A stretch of DNA of 64,000 nucleotides, from contig NC_134035.1 in NCBI RefSeq assembly GCF_964204645.1, forward strand, positions 3,162,001 to 3,226,000. The letters run 5' to 3'. Both the position numbers and the translations under genes were made by a program. The notes under the pieces are model-generated. The model made no database searches. It was not told the DNA's origin and saw nothing but the letters and a program-made list of their open reading frames with translations. Origin of the DNA: Tubulanus polymorphus. Lineage: Eukaryota > Animalia > Nemertea. This document shows positions 48,953 to 60,900 of this stretch, in pieces. Each line of letters opens with the position of its first letter. The first letter of the stretch is position 1.

Positions 48953-51900
48953 ATGGATATTCGCAGAAACCCGTTTTTCCTCAGTCAGATATTACTGTTA
49001 TCAGTTTCTAGTCTTTACGCGAAGAGTGTGCCTCCACCACGGATCGGTAAATAATTTATCAAATTAAAAAAGTTGTCGAATTAAATGAAGGAATTTTTTT
49101 TCAGTGCAAAAATATTTAAAAGACCACCTGTTACTCCTCCCAGTGCTGACTAATTCGGTACCAGGCCCTAAAGCGCTTCTGATGATTTGAAAATTTTGGT
49201 ACCGTCCCATTCCCAATGGGTGCATTCGCTATAGGCGCCCTGAGGCTGTGTCTATGACCCGGTGCGGTGTATCTTTAGTTTCGCAATTTTGGCAAGTTCA
49301 GCCAGAGATAATAGCTAATTATTAGGCTAATCAAATTGATGCAACTGTACTGTGGTGCGGTCGGTGTATTATTAGCAAAGTCCATCACCTATTTATACAC
49401 AGCACTGCAGTGTAGATGTACTGATAAGGTTAACTGCAGTAAGAAATTTTGATGCCAGCTGTTTCGTTAGTTTGAAAATATTGGTTAATTCCACCCCAGT
49501 GCGTTGTATACTGATTTTAACATTATGATACGTCTACACCATCATGCGGTGTATTGTTAGTTATCGATATACTTTGCAATGTTTGACAGGTGCTGCCATC
49601 TTTCAATAGAGAAAATAGCTAATTAAAGATAGAATCGATGCGCCTGCACTGCGGTGCTGTGTATTAGCAAAGTTCATCCCCGATCCATACACCGCACAGC
49701 AAAGTAGATGTCTTGAAAGGGTTAACTGCTAAGCTTACAGGTGCTGCCATCTTGCAATAGAAGAAACTTATTGATTATTAAATGGATGCTCATGCAACAG
49801 TGTATTAGCAAAGTTCACTACCGACCAATACACTGCACTGCAGTGTAGATATCCTGATAGTAGGAAACGCTGATATTCCGGCTATTTCAATTTTCAGCAA
49901 TAATCGGAGCGGGTGTCGGAGGAACGAGCGCGGCCGTATTCCTCCGAGAGTTGTTCGGCGAAGGCGCCCGCGTCGATATTTACGAGGAGGATCGAGTCGG
50001 AGGACGAGCGTCGGAGATCACGTTGAACGGGTATCGTCACGAATCCGGAGGAACGATCATTCATCCGAGGAATCAGTACTTCGTCAATTTTACGAAATCG
50101 TTAGGTAAGCATTTGACTGATATCGATCTCAGTATTTTAGAGATAATGAGCAAAACCCGCAATTGATGATTTGACTATTTATTTATTCGGACAGTTTCGT
50201 TTTGACTAAACTTCATCAGCAGAGAAAATAAATGAAATTCCTTTTTTGTATTTTTTGTCTCGTTTCTCTAATGATGAGGTTTTGACTAAACCTTATCATC
50301 AGAGAAGTCAAAAGAATCATTTTTGTATCTCTGGTGATGAAGTTTAGTCAAAATTTTGAAAGTGTCAGAGTGGGGTACTGTTATGACTACTGTGGCAAGC
50401 GAGGATTCCGCGGCGATCCACGAGGTGTTACTAGTATTGTAACTCGGTTTTGCGGGCTTCAAATCCTTCTATGTTTCAAGTGAAATCCGACCAACTTTTC
50501 AAATTAGTTTAACGATCTTCACCACGAACTCTACCAAACGCTTGAGTAGAAACTCAATCTAAAATATTCTTTGAAGCTCATACAGCTATCTGCCTTTCAT
50601 AGACAAGACTGTGGTTGGTGAATTGGTGTTAAATTTCTTCTATATTTCAATCAAAATCCAATCAACCTTTCAATCGATCAGTAAAAACCTAAATATACCC
50701 TGTCACCGGGAGTTGGAAGTGAATCTAATTCTTATATCTATTCGATGACTAATTGATGATATTCAGATTAGGGAACCATAAAAATCCAGTTCAAATTTTT
50801 GAAGATGAATTAATTTTCACTTGGAATAACGTGGTAGTGAATCTAATGTTTGCCAGTAGCCCATTCAGTGACCCGTTATTTTTCATGTTCGGATTTGTGA
50901 ATAAGTCGTTGCTATTTTGCGGTACAAATGTTTCGGTATCTATTTGTTTATTTCAAATGAAGTTTTTTCCTGTAACTAGAAATTCTAAATGAAGCGAAAT
51001 TACCTCGGTAGGTCTCGATCATGAACCGGAGTCGGATGAAATACTCGGCGTTTACGACGGAAAGGAGATCGTATTCAGCACGAGTTCGTGTACCGCGGTC
51101 TCGCTGGTCAAACTGTTCTGGAGATACGGATTCGACGTTTACAATATCGGTAAATGGGTCGACGGTCTTCTCGGCAAGTTCGATAGGTAAGAAAAAGCAG
51201 ATATAAGATACCGCGCCTGTATACTCAGTAGTGTTGGAACTAAGTTGACTAAGTTGACCAGTACCGAGTGAGGGGCTAATCAAACGGTACAGCCAGCTGT
51301 TCTGTGGTGACAATTTTTGTAACAGGAGCTGAACTAGTCACATCCAGAAAGGCATTTTGATGTCCAAAAAGACAACATTAGGCGTACTCCTCCACAGAGG
51401 GGGCACTAATTTTGAAGCCAAAAAGGTAATATCAAGCGTACTCCAATATTGCTTTTGGACAAAGTGGAATAGGGCACTCAAAAAACTTAGTGAACTCGTC
51501 CAAGTCTCACGAAATCCTGTGGATCCTTCCCTGATGAGAAATATGAACGATTCGGGAAATTCATCCATAATCGTAAATTTTCAAAGTCTGCCAAATCCTC
51601 CTGGATCCACCCCTGATGAGAAATGTAGACGATTCAGAAAATTCATCCGTATTTTCGTATATTTTCATTTCGTTTCAGAATATACGAACACCAACGACGC
51701 GGACTGGCGTTTACCGACGTGGAGAAACTGTTACGATCGATGTCGCCGACTTTCGTCCAAATGACGAAGCATTCGATCAAAGATTGGCTTCTGAAGGACG
51801 GTTTTCACGAGCGGTTCATCGACGAGTTAGTTCACGGCGGATTGAGGGTCAACTACGGTCAAGGCACCGATATTCACGCATTCGTCGGTCAGTATTATAA

Positions 51901-53159
51901 ACAGATTTCGAAAACTTTATGAAAACTTAATGAAACGAAACCCGACCATAAAGAATTTGGAATACTGTAAAGTAATTAACATATATGACTGTAGTTATAT
52001 CGAAGTATATCCTTAGCGGTCTCACCTTAGTACATGAACGTAGATGAATTTTACTACTTTCATTTAGAAAAACTTTCTGTTTCCCTGATTCTCAACTCAG
52101 TGAAAGATTTGCGACAGTCCCAACATTATTAGTTCCCTGATTCTCAACTCGGTGAAATATTTACAGCAGTTCCAACACTACTGAGTTCCCTGATCTCAAC
52201 TCAGTGAAACTGTCGTAAATATTATATTTACAATGCTACCGAGTAGGAAGCAGTTTACTATAGAAGACTTTTTACAAGTTAAACTGCTCAAGTCTATAAA
52301 TTTTGCCCAACTTTTGAGCCCTGATTTTCAGCTTGAGATGAAACGTATAAACTCGATTCTAATTTCAGGCGGTGTCGCGATGGCCGGCGTCGAGCCAGGC
52401 TTATTCTCCGTGAAAAACGGCAACCGACAAATCCCCGAACGCCTCCTACGCAAATCCGGAGCCGCCCTCGTGCCGGCGTTCGTCGTCGGCATTGAAATGC
52501 GCGACGAACGCAAATACCGACTTCGCTTCCAACGAACGGACGGCACGAAACCGACGAAGGACACGAGCGACGTTTACGACGTGGTGATTCTCGCCGCGCC
52601 CGTGCACCAACGTAACAACATGGAATTCCACGATTTCCCCGACCCGATACGAGTCGGCGCGCGATACCACCGAACGGTCGCGACGTTTGTCGCCGGTAAA
52701 CCGAATCCGACGTTCGCCGATTACGCGGTCATGATATCGGAATCAGCTGACGATTCCGTGCGATTCACATCAATCTCGCGGAATCTGCCAGTGAATTTCT
52801 CGCGCGCGGACGCGGCGTACGAGAACGACGTTTATAAGGTGTTTTCGTACGAGCCTCTATCGGACGCGGAACTTGGACGGTTGTTCGACGAGCGCGGCGA
52901 CGGCGGCATCGTTAAAGCCGATTGGATGGCGTATCCGGAGTATTCGCGGCAGGCGAAACTCGCGTCGTTCGTTCTTCACGATAATCTCTATTACGTGAAC
53001 GCAATCGAGTCGGCCGCGTCGGCGTTCGAAATGTCAATGATCGGCGCGAAGAACGTTGCGATGCTCGCGTATAACCGCTGGATCGGAAACGACGACGACG
53101 TCGATCCGGTTTTTAGTGACGATACAAAAGATACGACGAATGATAAATCAGAGTTGTGA
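48953..53159 (+). CDS. PCYOX1: Prenylcysteine oxidase 1-like flavoprotein
   Basis: Exons 48953-49046 (signal peptide), 49898-50104 (AIIGAGVGGTSAA FAD motif; VGGR; ESGGTIIHPRN), 51012-51186 (KLFWRYGF), 51679-51887 (RVNYGQ..IHAFVG), 52369-53159 (WMAYPEY..LHDNLYYVNAIESAASAFEMSMIGAKNVAMLAY, C-terminal KSEL). PCYOX1 versus PCYOX1L is not resolvable. Confidence 0.92.
50183..50370. ncRNA. Cluster of inverted hammerhead-like motifs (separate family) in PCYOX1 intron 2
   Basis: Minus strand 50186-50225 CTCTG-CTGATGA-A-GTTT-agtca-AAAC-GAAAC-TGTC. Plus copy 50329-50370 CTCTG-GTGATGA-A-GTTTAGTCAAAAT..GAAA-GTGTC-AGAG. Partial copies lie between them. Confidence 0.55.
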
Positions 53160-54962
53160 TTCGTTTTGAATAAATGGTAATCAATCAGGGCTGGATCCAA
53201 GGGGAGGTGCACACCTTTTCAAATGTCAAATTGCACTGCAAATTTAATGGAAAATTAATTCAAATCTTTAGAAAAGAATATCAACTTCAAAAGTATTAAT
53301 TTATAAGCATATTCTCTGTATTGTCATCCTGTAATCAATCTGGAGTGTATTCAGCTCCGAGGGGTGCACTCCCCCTTCTTAAATTTAAAGTTGCACTGCA
53401 ATTTTAATGGAAAAATAATTTGAATATTTAGAAAAGAATATCAACTTCAAAAGTATGAATTTACAAGCACGTTCTCTGTACTTCCAAAATTAGGTTATGT
53501 TTGCCTGATGATTGGGTGCCCTCTTGATTAGGCCTTGATATGCCCTTATTTGGGGTTGCACCCCTTTCTGAATCAGACCCTAGATTAGCCCCTGTAGAAG
53601 TTTTTGTAGTTTATATGAAAAACCCCACATTACTGAACAATGAAAAAGATCCGATTCACTTAACAGATTTATTTACAATCTATTCTTTACGTCATTTTCG
53701 ATAAATCGTTACCAAAGTTGTATTGGGGAGGACCTTAAGTCTAGTATCTAGTCGTTGTTCCACAAACAAACATTGTTAGGAACTGTACTAATGTCTGGTA
53801 TTTAGATTAAGAGGACCCACAAATCCTCGAACTCAATCTGGTTAAGACCGGCCTTTTTGTAGTAGAGGAACTGATTATTTTTTAAAGTGATTTGTAAATC
53901 TATTTTATACACGTATTTTCTATTGTTTATATCATATTTCACGATGAATATTTCGTAGTGTCATGCAAAATGTTTAAGCTTTAAACGGTTAAGTTTGAAT
54001 TGCTGTCCTCATTGAAAACCTGAACTAACCAATAGCAATTGAAACAAAAATTTGGTTTTCATGAAACTGGACCCGAGCGGCCCAGTCCCACAGTTGTGAG
54101 TTGGAGTCATCTGTGAGATTGGATTAGTTGATTTTTCAATGAGTTAACTCTGCATCTAATCTTGACTCAAACTGTGTCTTGGCCAAAACTAAGGTTACCG
54201 GTACATGAAATTTACGATCAAGTAATTCGGGAATTTTTGAATATGCTTTAATTGTTTGGGATGGTCTTACATTAAGGAGGTGATTAAAATAAGTTTGAGT
54301 ACATTGAAAAGGAGAAGGTATTATGTGGCTGTTAATGAATTTTGTGTCTCAGATAGAAAAACTTTTATTATTACTGTGTTTGACACACTATTTATCACTC
54401 ATGAACGTCTGTATATTAATGTAATATTAATGAGTTTGTTGAAATGTCGATTTTTATAATAAATTATGATTATGAAAAGTGATTTCTTCAAAATGTTTGA
54501 GTCAGTCAGGTTACAAGTTTTAGGATCATTGATCATTCCAATTTTCCATGGGATATGATTATAATTTTGAATCAAATATTCCAGTAGGCCTATTTTAAGA
54601 TAACTTAAGATAATCGTGGTAAGTAAAGGGTCTGTTGGTGGAGGCTTCAGTGTAGTACTTTGATTTGGGACCCTCCACTGCACATTGCTAAGTAAAAAAT
54701 TTGCCGTGAAACTTTGTGCTAGTGATTGGTGGAAAAGTCAGTAATACATTTTTGGTGGGTTTGGTCGGCATTCAAGACCATAAACACATATTTAGAGATA
54801 CGTATAAATGAATTTGAGGTGAATTATTATCGGGTTGCAAATATCGAATAGAGTTCCAGCCCGCACCGCATTATTTAGTCCGGCGCCGAATCTGAGTCCG
54901 CATACGTACAATACGGTGAACTACGCGGTGCACTTTGAACTTTCTGAACCAGGAAGTAAAAA

Positions 54963-57900
54963 ATGGAGTTTTTTCGAAAGAAGCCGCTGCTTCTGCTTCT
55001 GGGTTTATCGGCGATTTTAACGGTGTGTATCGCTAAACGAAAACCGAACACACCAGAACAGATTCATATATCCTATACTGGATGTAAGTATTCCGCATTT
55101 TTTGACTGCCATCAATGTTTTAACTGATTTAAGGCCAGGTTTTGAAAACGAAAGTAGGGTCAGTCACTGAGTGAGTCAGTGGTTTTACTTTGTTGTCACG
55201 TGAAATCTATTTTAGTCAGTCTACTTTCGAAATCAGTCCAATGAAAGATATAAACGTTGATATGGGTCATACGTAGCATAATCAAATGATTTAGTGTATC
55301 TCTAATCTAGTCTATCCCATCTGACAGTGACGACCCGTGTTACCTTGTTCTAGCCTGGATAAATATTTCACAATTTGGTCTAGATTTTCTAATGGCTTAA
55401 AAAAATTATGTGCTCTACAAGCGTTTTAACTCAGTTGACAAACAGCAAAGCCTTATAATGTTTTTAACTCATCAGATATCACTGATGTTTTACAAACAGC
55501 ACCTCGGGTCTAACTCCAACTGTCATATTTTTGCGATGGGCCTCTTGTACTTCCTATGTGACTAATACAAATGTGCCCTTCATAACATCTATGGCCCCCT
55601 TTCTGATCTGATAATTTGAGAAATCAGTGAAAAAACCCGTGAATCGGTGAAAAATGTATGAAAAATTTAAGGGAAGAGTCTGTCAATATATTTTGATCCG
55701 CTTTTATGCCATATACCTACAGTGGAGCTCAAGAGTTGTATAGGCCCTATAAGAAGTTCAAGTCTTATCTAAATCTGCCCTCATTGTGATCAGTAACCGA
55801 GACATTTAATCAAAGCTTCAATACAGAATAATAACACAATATAGAAACGATGGTATATTTATACTGCATAATTTCACTGGTCATATTGAGATCAATTTGA
55901 TATAATGCACTCGAAAAGTAATGCAAAAAACAGTGTCGAGAGGGAAAAAAGGAAAGAAATGGAGTTTTGACTGAGAACTGAACTTTTATTATGAACTCAA
56001 AATCACGAACAACAAATCACATGATGAACCGGTTTTACAATAGTATTCGGAATGCATTATATCATTATTTCCTGCCAAAGAATATTCACATGATTGATAA
56101 CAACTCACAATAGAAACGGGTTGTATATGATAGAATATAGAAAATTGAGCTAAATTACCCAAAAGCAGGTCGCAGCCATTAAAATATAGAAAACTTTGTG
56201 AAATAAGCCCAAAAACAAGTTGTAGTTAATGAGACTGTAAATTGAGAGAAATTTGGCCTACCCAAAACAGAAAACTGAGAGAAATAACCCAAAACTGAAA
56301 ATTGAGAGAAATAACCTAAAAACAGAAAATGGAGAGAAATCACCCAAAACTGAAAATTGAGAGAAATAACCCAAAAACAGGTCACAGACAATAAAACAGA
56401 AAATTGAGAGAAATAACCCAAAACAGAAAATTGAGAGAAATTACAGGTCTCAGATCGTAAAATATAGACTATAGCCCTAGTTACCTTATTAGCTGAAATC
56501 TAGAAATAGCTCTCTGGTACCGTTTGAGATGCGACGTACCGGTAATCAAAAACGTTTTAATTTTTCAGCGAACCCGACTCAGATGACGGTAACATGGCTT
56601 ACGTTCAACACGACGAAGTTCTCGGTAGTTCAATACGGTTGGCAGGTGTTGAACGAACAGACGTTCGGCGGCGTGACGAAATTCGTCGACGGAGGAAACG
56701 AGAGCAGCGTACGATATATTCACCGCGCCGTTCTGTCTGATCTAAAACCAGGCGTGAAATACTGTGAGTAGAAAATATCGAATATGTCAACAGGGAGTCC
56801 CTTTACAACTCCTTGCTTCCTTGAAAATTCATTCTGATCAGAAATTGCTTTTAAAATTGTTTGCAACTCCTTGAATTTGAGCAAAATGCCCAAAATTCCT
56901 TTAAAACTCCTTTAATTTTGACTAAAAGGCAATTAGAAATGTTTGTCTAGTTTGTGGTTGTACGGTAGACTATGCCTAAATCAGTATAGTTGGGACCAGG
57001 TTATTTTTAGCCAATTAGGCGGTTGCCAAATTTGAAACTGAGTTTAGGTAGTGTATCGGATAAAAATTTGCTTACAAACCACTGGATTAATGGTTTACCG
57101 AGTTGAACAGTACTGGTTTAGAAGGAGTCTATAGTAATTAGAATGAGAGTGATGCAGGCCCTTCCTCAAAATTTGAAATTTACTCCTTTAAAACTCCCAA
57201 ATATCCAGGAATGAGGGATCTGTGGGGACCGTGTTTGACTATATAGCTCATTTCTCGGCAATGGTCCTTTAAATTGCAAGATCGTTCATTATGGTTCTGA
57301 CCTATCCGTAAGAGTGAGCTTTCTCAAAATTCCATATCGTCATGAATTGAATTGTTTTTATCTCCATATATAGTCTATCGTTGTGGATCTGAGTTGGCAT
57401 GGAGCAATGTGAACACGTTCAGGGCGATGAAGAACGGCACGAACTGGAGCCCGCGGTTCGCGTTTTTCGGCGATATGGGCATCGAGAACGCGCGTTCCCT
57501 TCCGCGACTTCTGAAAGACGTCCAAGCCGAAATGTACGACGCCATTTTTCACATCGGTAAGCGAAAGATACCAGTTGTAAATTAATCTATTTGCTGGATT
57601 GGTACAATGATTTTTTAACTGTTTGAGAAAAGAATGAAACTTTAGTTGAAATTCGTTCATTTTCGACGACCAGCGTCTACTCTGGTGTCTGTAGCAGAAA
57701 TATTATTCATATGAACTGGAAACTAAGGAGAATACAATACTATGTAGAAAGAAAAGCTATTGTTAAAATAGTTTTTTAGCAACAACACAATATTCTCATT
57801 ACAGGTGATTTCGCCTACGATATGGCTGATGTAAGTATCCTAAAAATTCGAACAATAGCTTCAGTGCTGCGTTAGGTTCATTAGGTAGTACGGTATTGAT

Positions 57901-60900
57901 ATTGTCTTTACATAGGATAATGCTCGGGTCGGCGACCAGTTTATGAATATGATACAACCGATAGCCTCCAAAGTTCCATACATGACCTGCGTAGGAAACC
58001 ATGAATTTCATTAGTAAGTACAACTACGCTAAAGTTAATCAACTTTCTAGGTGAAGTCTTTAGTTTTGGTACTGATTAGGTGATTAAATGAAGATGAAAT
58101 TGACCACTGACATCACAAATGAAGATATCAATCTGTAGCCTGGACCCACGACCCTCAGACATTCGATGATTTTTTCACCATTCCTCATTTTCTAATTATC
58201 CAAGCTTCACGTGTGTTTAGGGGCGCATTTGGCGGACTTGCTATAAGATGGTCGTACACAGAACACTGATGGTGCTCAAAATATTAAGTTTATTAACGAA
58301 ATATGAGGTTGTTCTGTGAATTGAGCCCCTGGACCTCACCTGAGACACTCTTAATCGAGCACCGTACATTAGACATTTTATCAGCATCATCACGATAGGT
58401 AAAACACAATATCCGTGTTGACGCGATGAGGAGAGAATCCCACAATGATAATAAAAAGTCCGAAAATGAAACTTTGAGATAGTAGTTTATTCAACGTTTC
58501 GACTATATCCTAATAGTCATCTTCAGGAATAATGAGATACTACAGAAATTATGAGATATATATACAATCCAGAGACAAAGAGACTAATTCAAGTAATCAG
58601 AGATGATACAAACTAAAGGAAAATTAACGTAGAAACAGTTACACGCTAAAACTAGATAAAACTAGAAGACATATTTTGGAATCTGCATTAATTATTGAAA
58701 ATTCGAACAACGTTGTAAACCTTAATAATGGTTTTTCACCCCATAATAAACTTATATCAAAATTCCTCTGTAAACTGGTTAAACTCAACACTTGATTTCC
58801 CCTTTGATTATTTGTTATTTGTTCTCTCATCAATTTCGTCTCTGACTTAACTTGTATTCACCTTTGTTTTAATTTAAGTGCCCCTTAGTTTGTCTTTCTT
58901 TTTACTACTGACTTTAAGTTTCATTTATATTTATACTCACTATTGTTGTTTATAATCACCCCTTAGTTTGCTTCCCTTTAATCTATTTTAGCGTGTAACT
59001 GTTTCTACGTTAATTTTCCTTTAGTTTGTATCATCTCTGATTACTTGAATTAGTCTCTTTGTCTCTGGATTGTATATATATCTCATAATTTCTGTAGTAT
59101 CTCATTATTCCTGAAGATGACTATTAGGATATAGTCGAAACGTTGAATAAACTACTATCTCAAAGTTTCATTTTCGGACTTTTTATTATCATTGTGGGAT
59201 TCTCTCCTCATCCTTTATCAGCATGCGCTTAAATAGTAAGAATTCATGCTACTATCAACAGGGAATGTCTGAAAGTAGCTCCAGGCTGCTGACTGATCAT
59301 GGTAGTTTTACAAACAATGATTGAGATACAATCGGGCACAATATTGTTTTAAGTTTTCTACTATCTACTATACATTTTTTTAGCGATTACTCAAATTACA
59401 AGAATCGACTCGGAAACAGTATGCCGAACACACCAGGCCGCGATAATATGTACTACAGGTACGGATACCAAAGATCTGAGTCTTCAGGGTGTCATTTCCT
59501 ACTGGGGTATCAGGACAATTGCCCCCCGGACAACTGCCCCCCTTTAAGATTAAAAAGATTTAATTTGGGGGGCAATTGTCCTAGAATCCCTACTGGCTAT
59601 CTCAGGGAACGCGGATACATAGCATCAAATTCCCTTGTAGATTTATGCATTTCAACATCAAATTTTTTCTGTCATCCGTTATGTGCTTTTGGTATCTTTT
59701 TGCAGTTTTGACGTTGGTCCGGTTCACTTCATCGCGATCAACACTGAGATCTACTACTACAAGATTTCGGATTTGAAGCAGATATACAGCCAGCATAAAT
59801 GGGTAGAAAACGACCTCATCGTACGTAAAGCGCTGGTCGATCCTCGATGGACCATCTTCGTTTTATTTGCTCTGCGTTTCAATCGTACCGTGAAAAAAAC
59901 CATGTTTTTAAGCGAAACTGATAATAATTGTCATTTGAATAGCGCAGGACTGGTATCCTAACCTGAATGAGTTCATATGCACTCCAACTTGGTATTATTA
60001 CACCTCAGCCTATAACTCTATTCCATGTATCAGTCATCTCTCCCTGGAGAGAAGTGATATTGATATTATTACCGCTAGCCTATATCTGTAACTGTATATC
60101 AGTCATCTCTACCTGGAGAGAAGTGATATTGGTATTATGACCCCTAGCCTATATCTGTAACTGTGTATCAGTCATCTCTACCTGGAGAGAAGTGATATTG
60201 GTATTATGACCCTTAGCCTATATCTGTAACTGTGTATCAGTCATCTCTACCTGGAGAGAAGTGATATTGGTATTATAACCCCTAGCCTATATCTGTAACT
60301 GTGTATCAGTCATCTCTCCCTGCTGAGAAGTGATATTGGTATTATGACCCCTAGCTTATATCTGTAACTGTGTATCAGTCATCTCTACCTGGAGAGAAGT
60401 GATATTGGTGTTATAACCCCTAGCCTATATCTGTAACTGTGTATCAGTCATCTCTACCTGGAGAGAAGTGATATTGGTATTATGACCCCTAGCCTATATC
60501 TGTAACTGTATATCAGTCATCTCTACCTGGAGAGAAGTGATATTGGTATTATAACCCCTAGCCTATATCTGTAACTGTGTATCAGTCATCTCTACCTGGA
60601 GAGAAGTGATATTGGTGTTATAACCCCTAGCCTATATCTGTAACTGTGTATCAGTCATCTCTCCCTGGAGAGAAGTGATATTGGTATTATAACCCCTAGC
60701 CTATATCTGTAACTGTATATCAGTCATCTCTACCTGGAGAGAAGTGATATTGGTATTATGACCCCTAGCCTATATCTGTAACTGTGTATCAGTCATCTCT
60801 ACCTGGAGAGAAGTGATATTGGTATTATAACCCCTAGCCTATATCTGTAACTGTATATCAGTCATCTCTCCCTGGAGAGAAGTGATATTGGTATTATGAC

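Larger units (their letters stand above)
58388..59213 (+). mobile_element. 5'-truncated Penelope-like retroelement with inverted pLTR, nested in a TIR element in ACP7 intron 5
   Basis: Inverted arms 58425-58651 and 58986-59212 (227 bp, no mismatch seen). The centre encodes DKTRRHILESALIIENSNNVVNLNNGF..* (58655-58795), resembling the GIY-YIG C-terminus of PLEs. TTTATCAGCAT is duplicated at 58377-58387 and 59214-59224. Confidence 0.88.

Noticed and set aside
51522-51650. Two CTGATGA...GAAA motifs
   Set aside because: No pairable stem II. They are a short direct duplication at a GGATCCACCCCTG MITE end.
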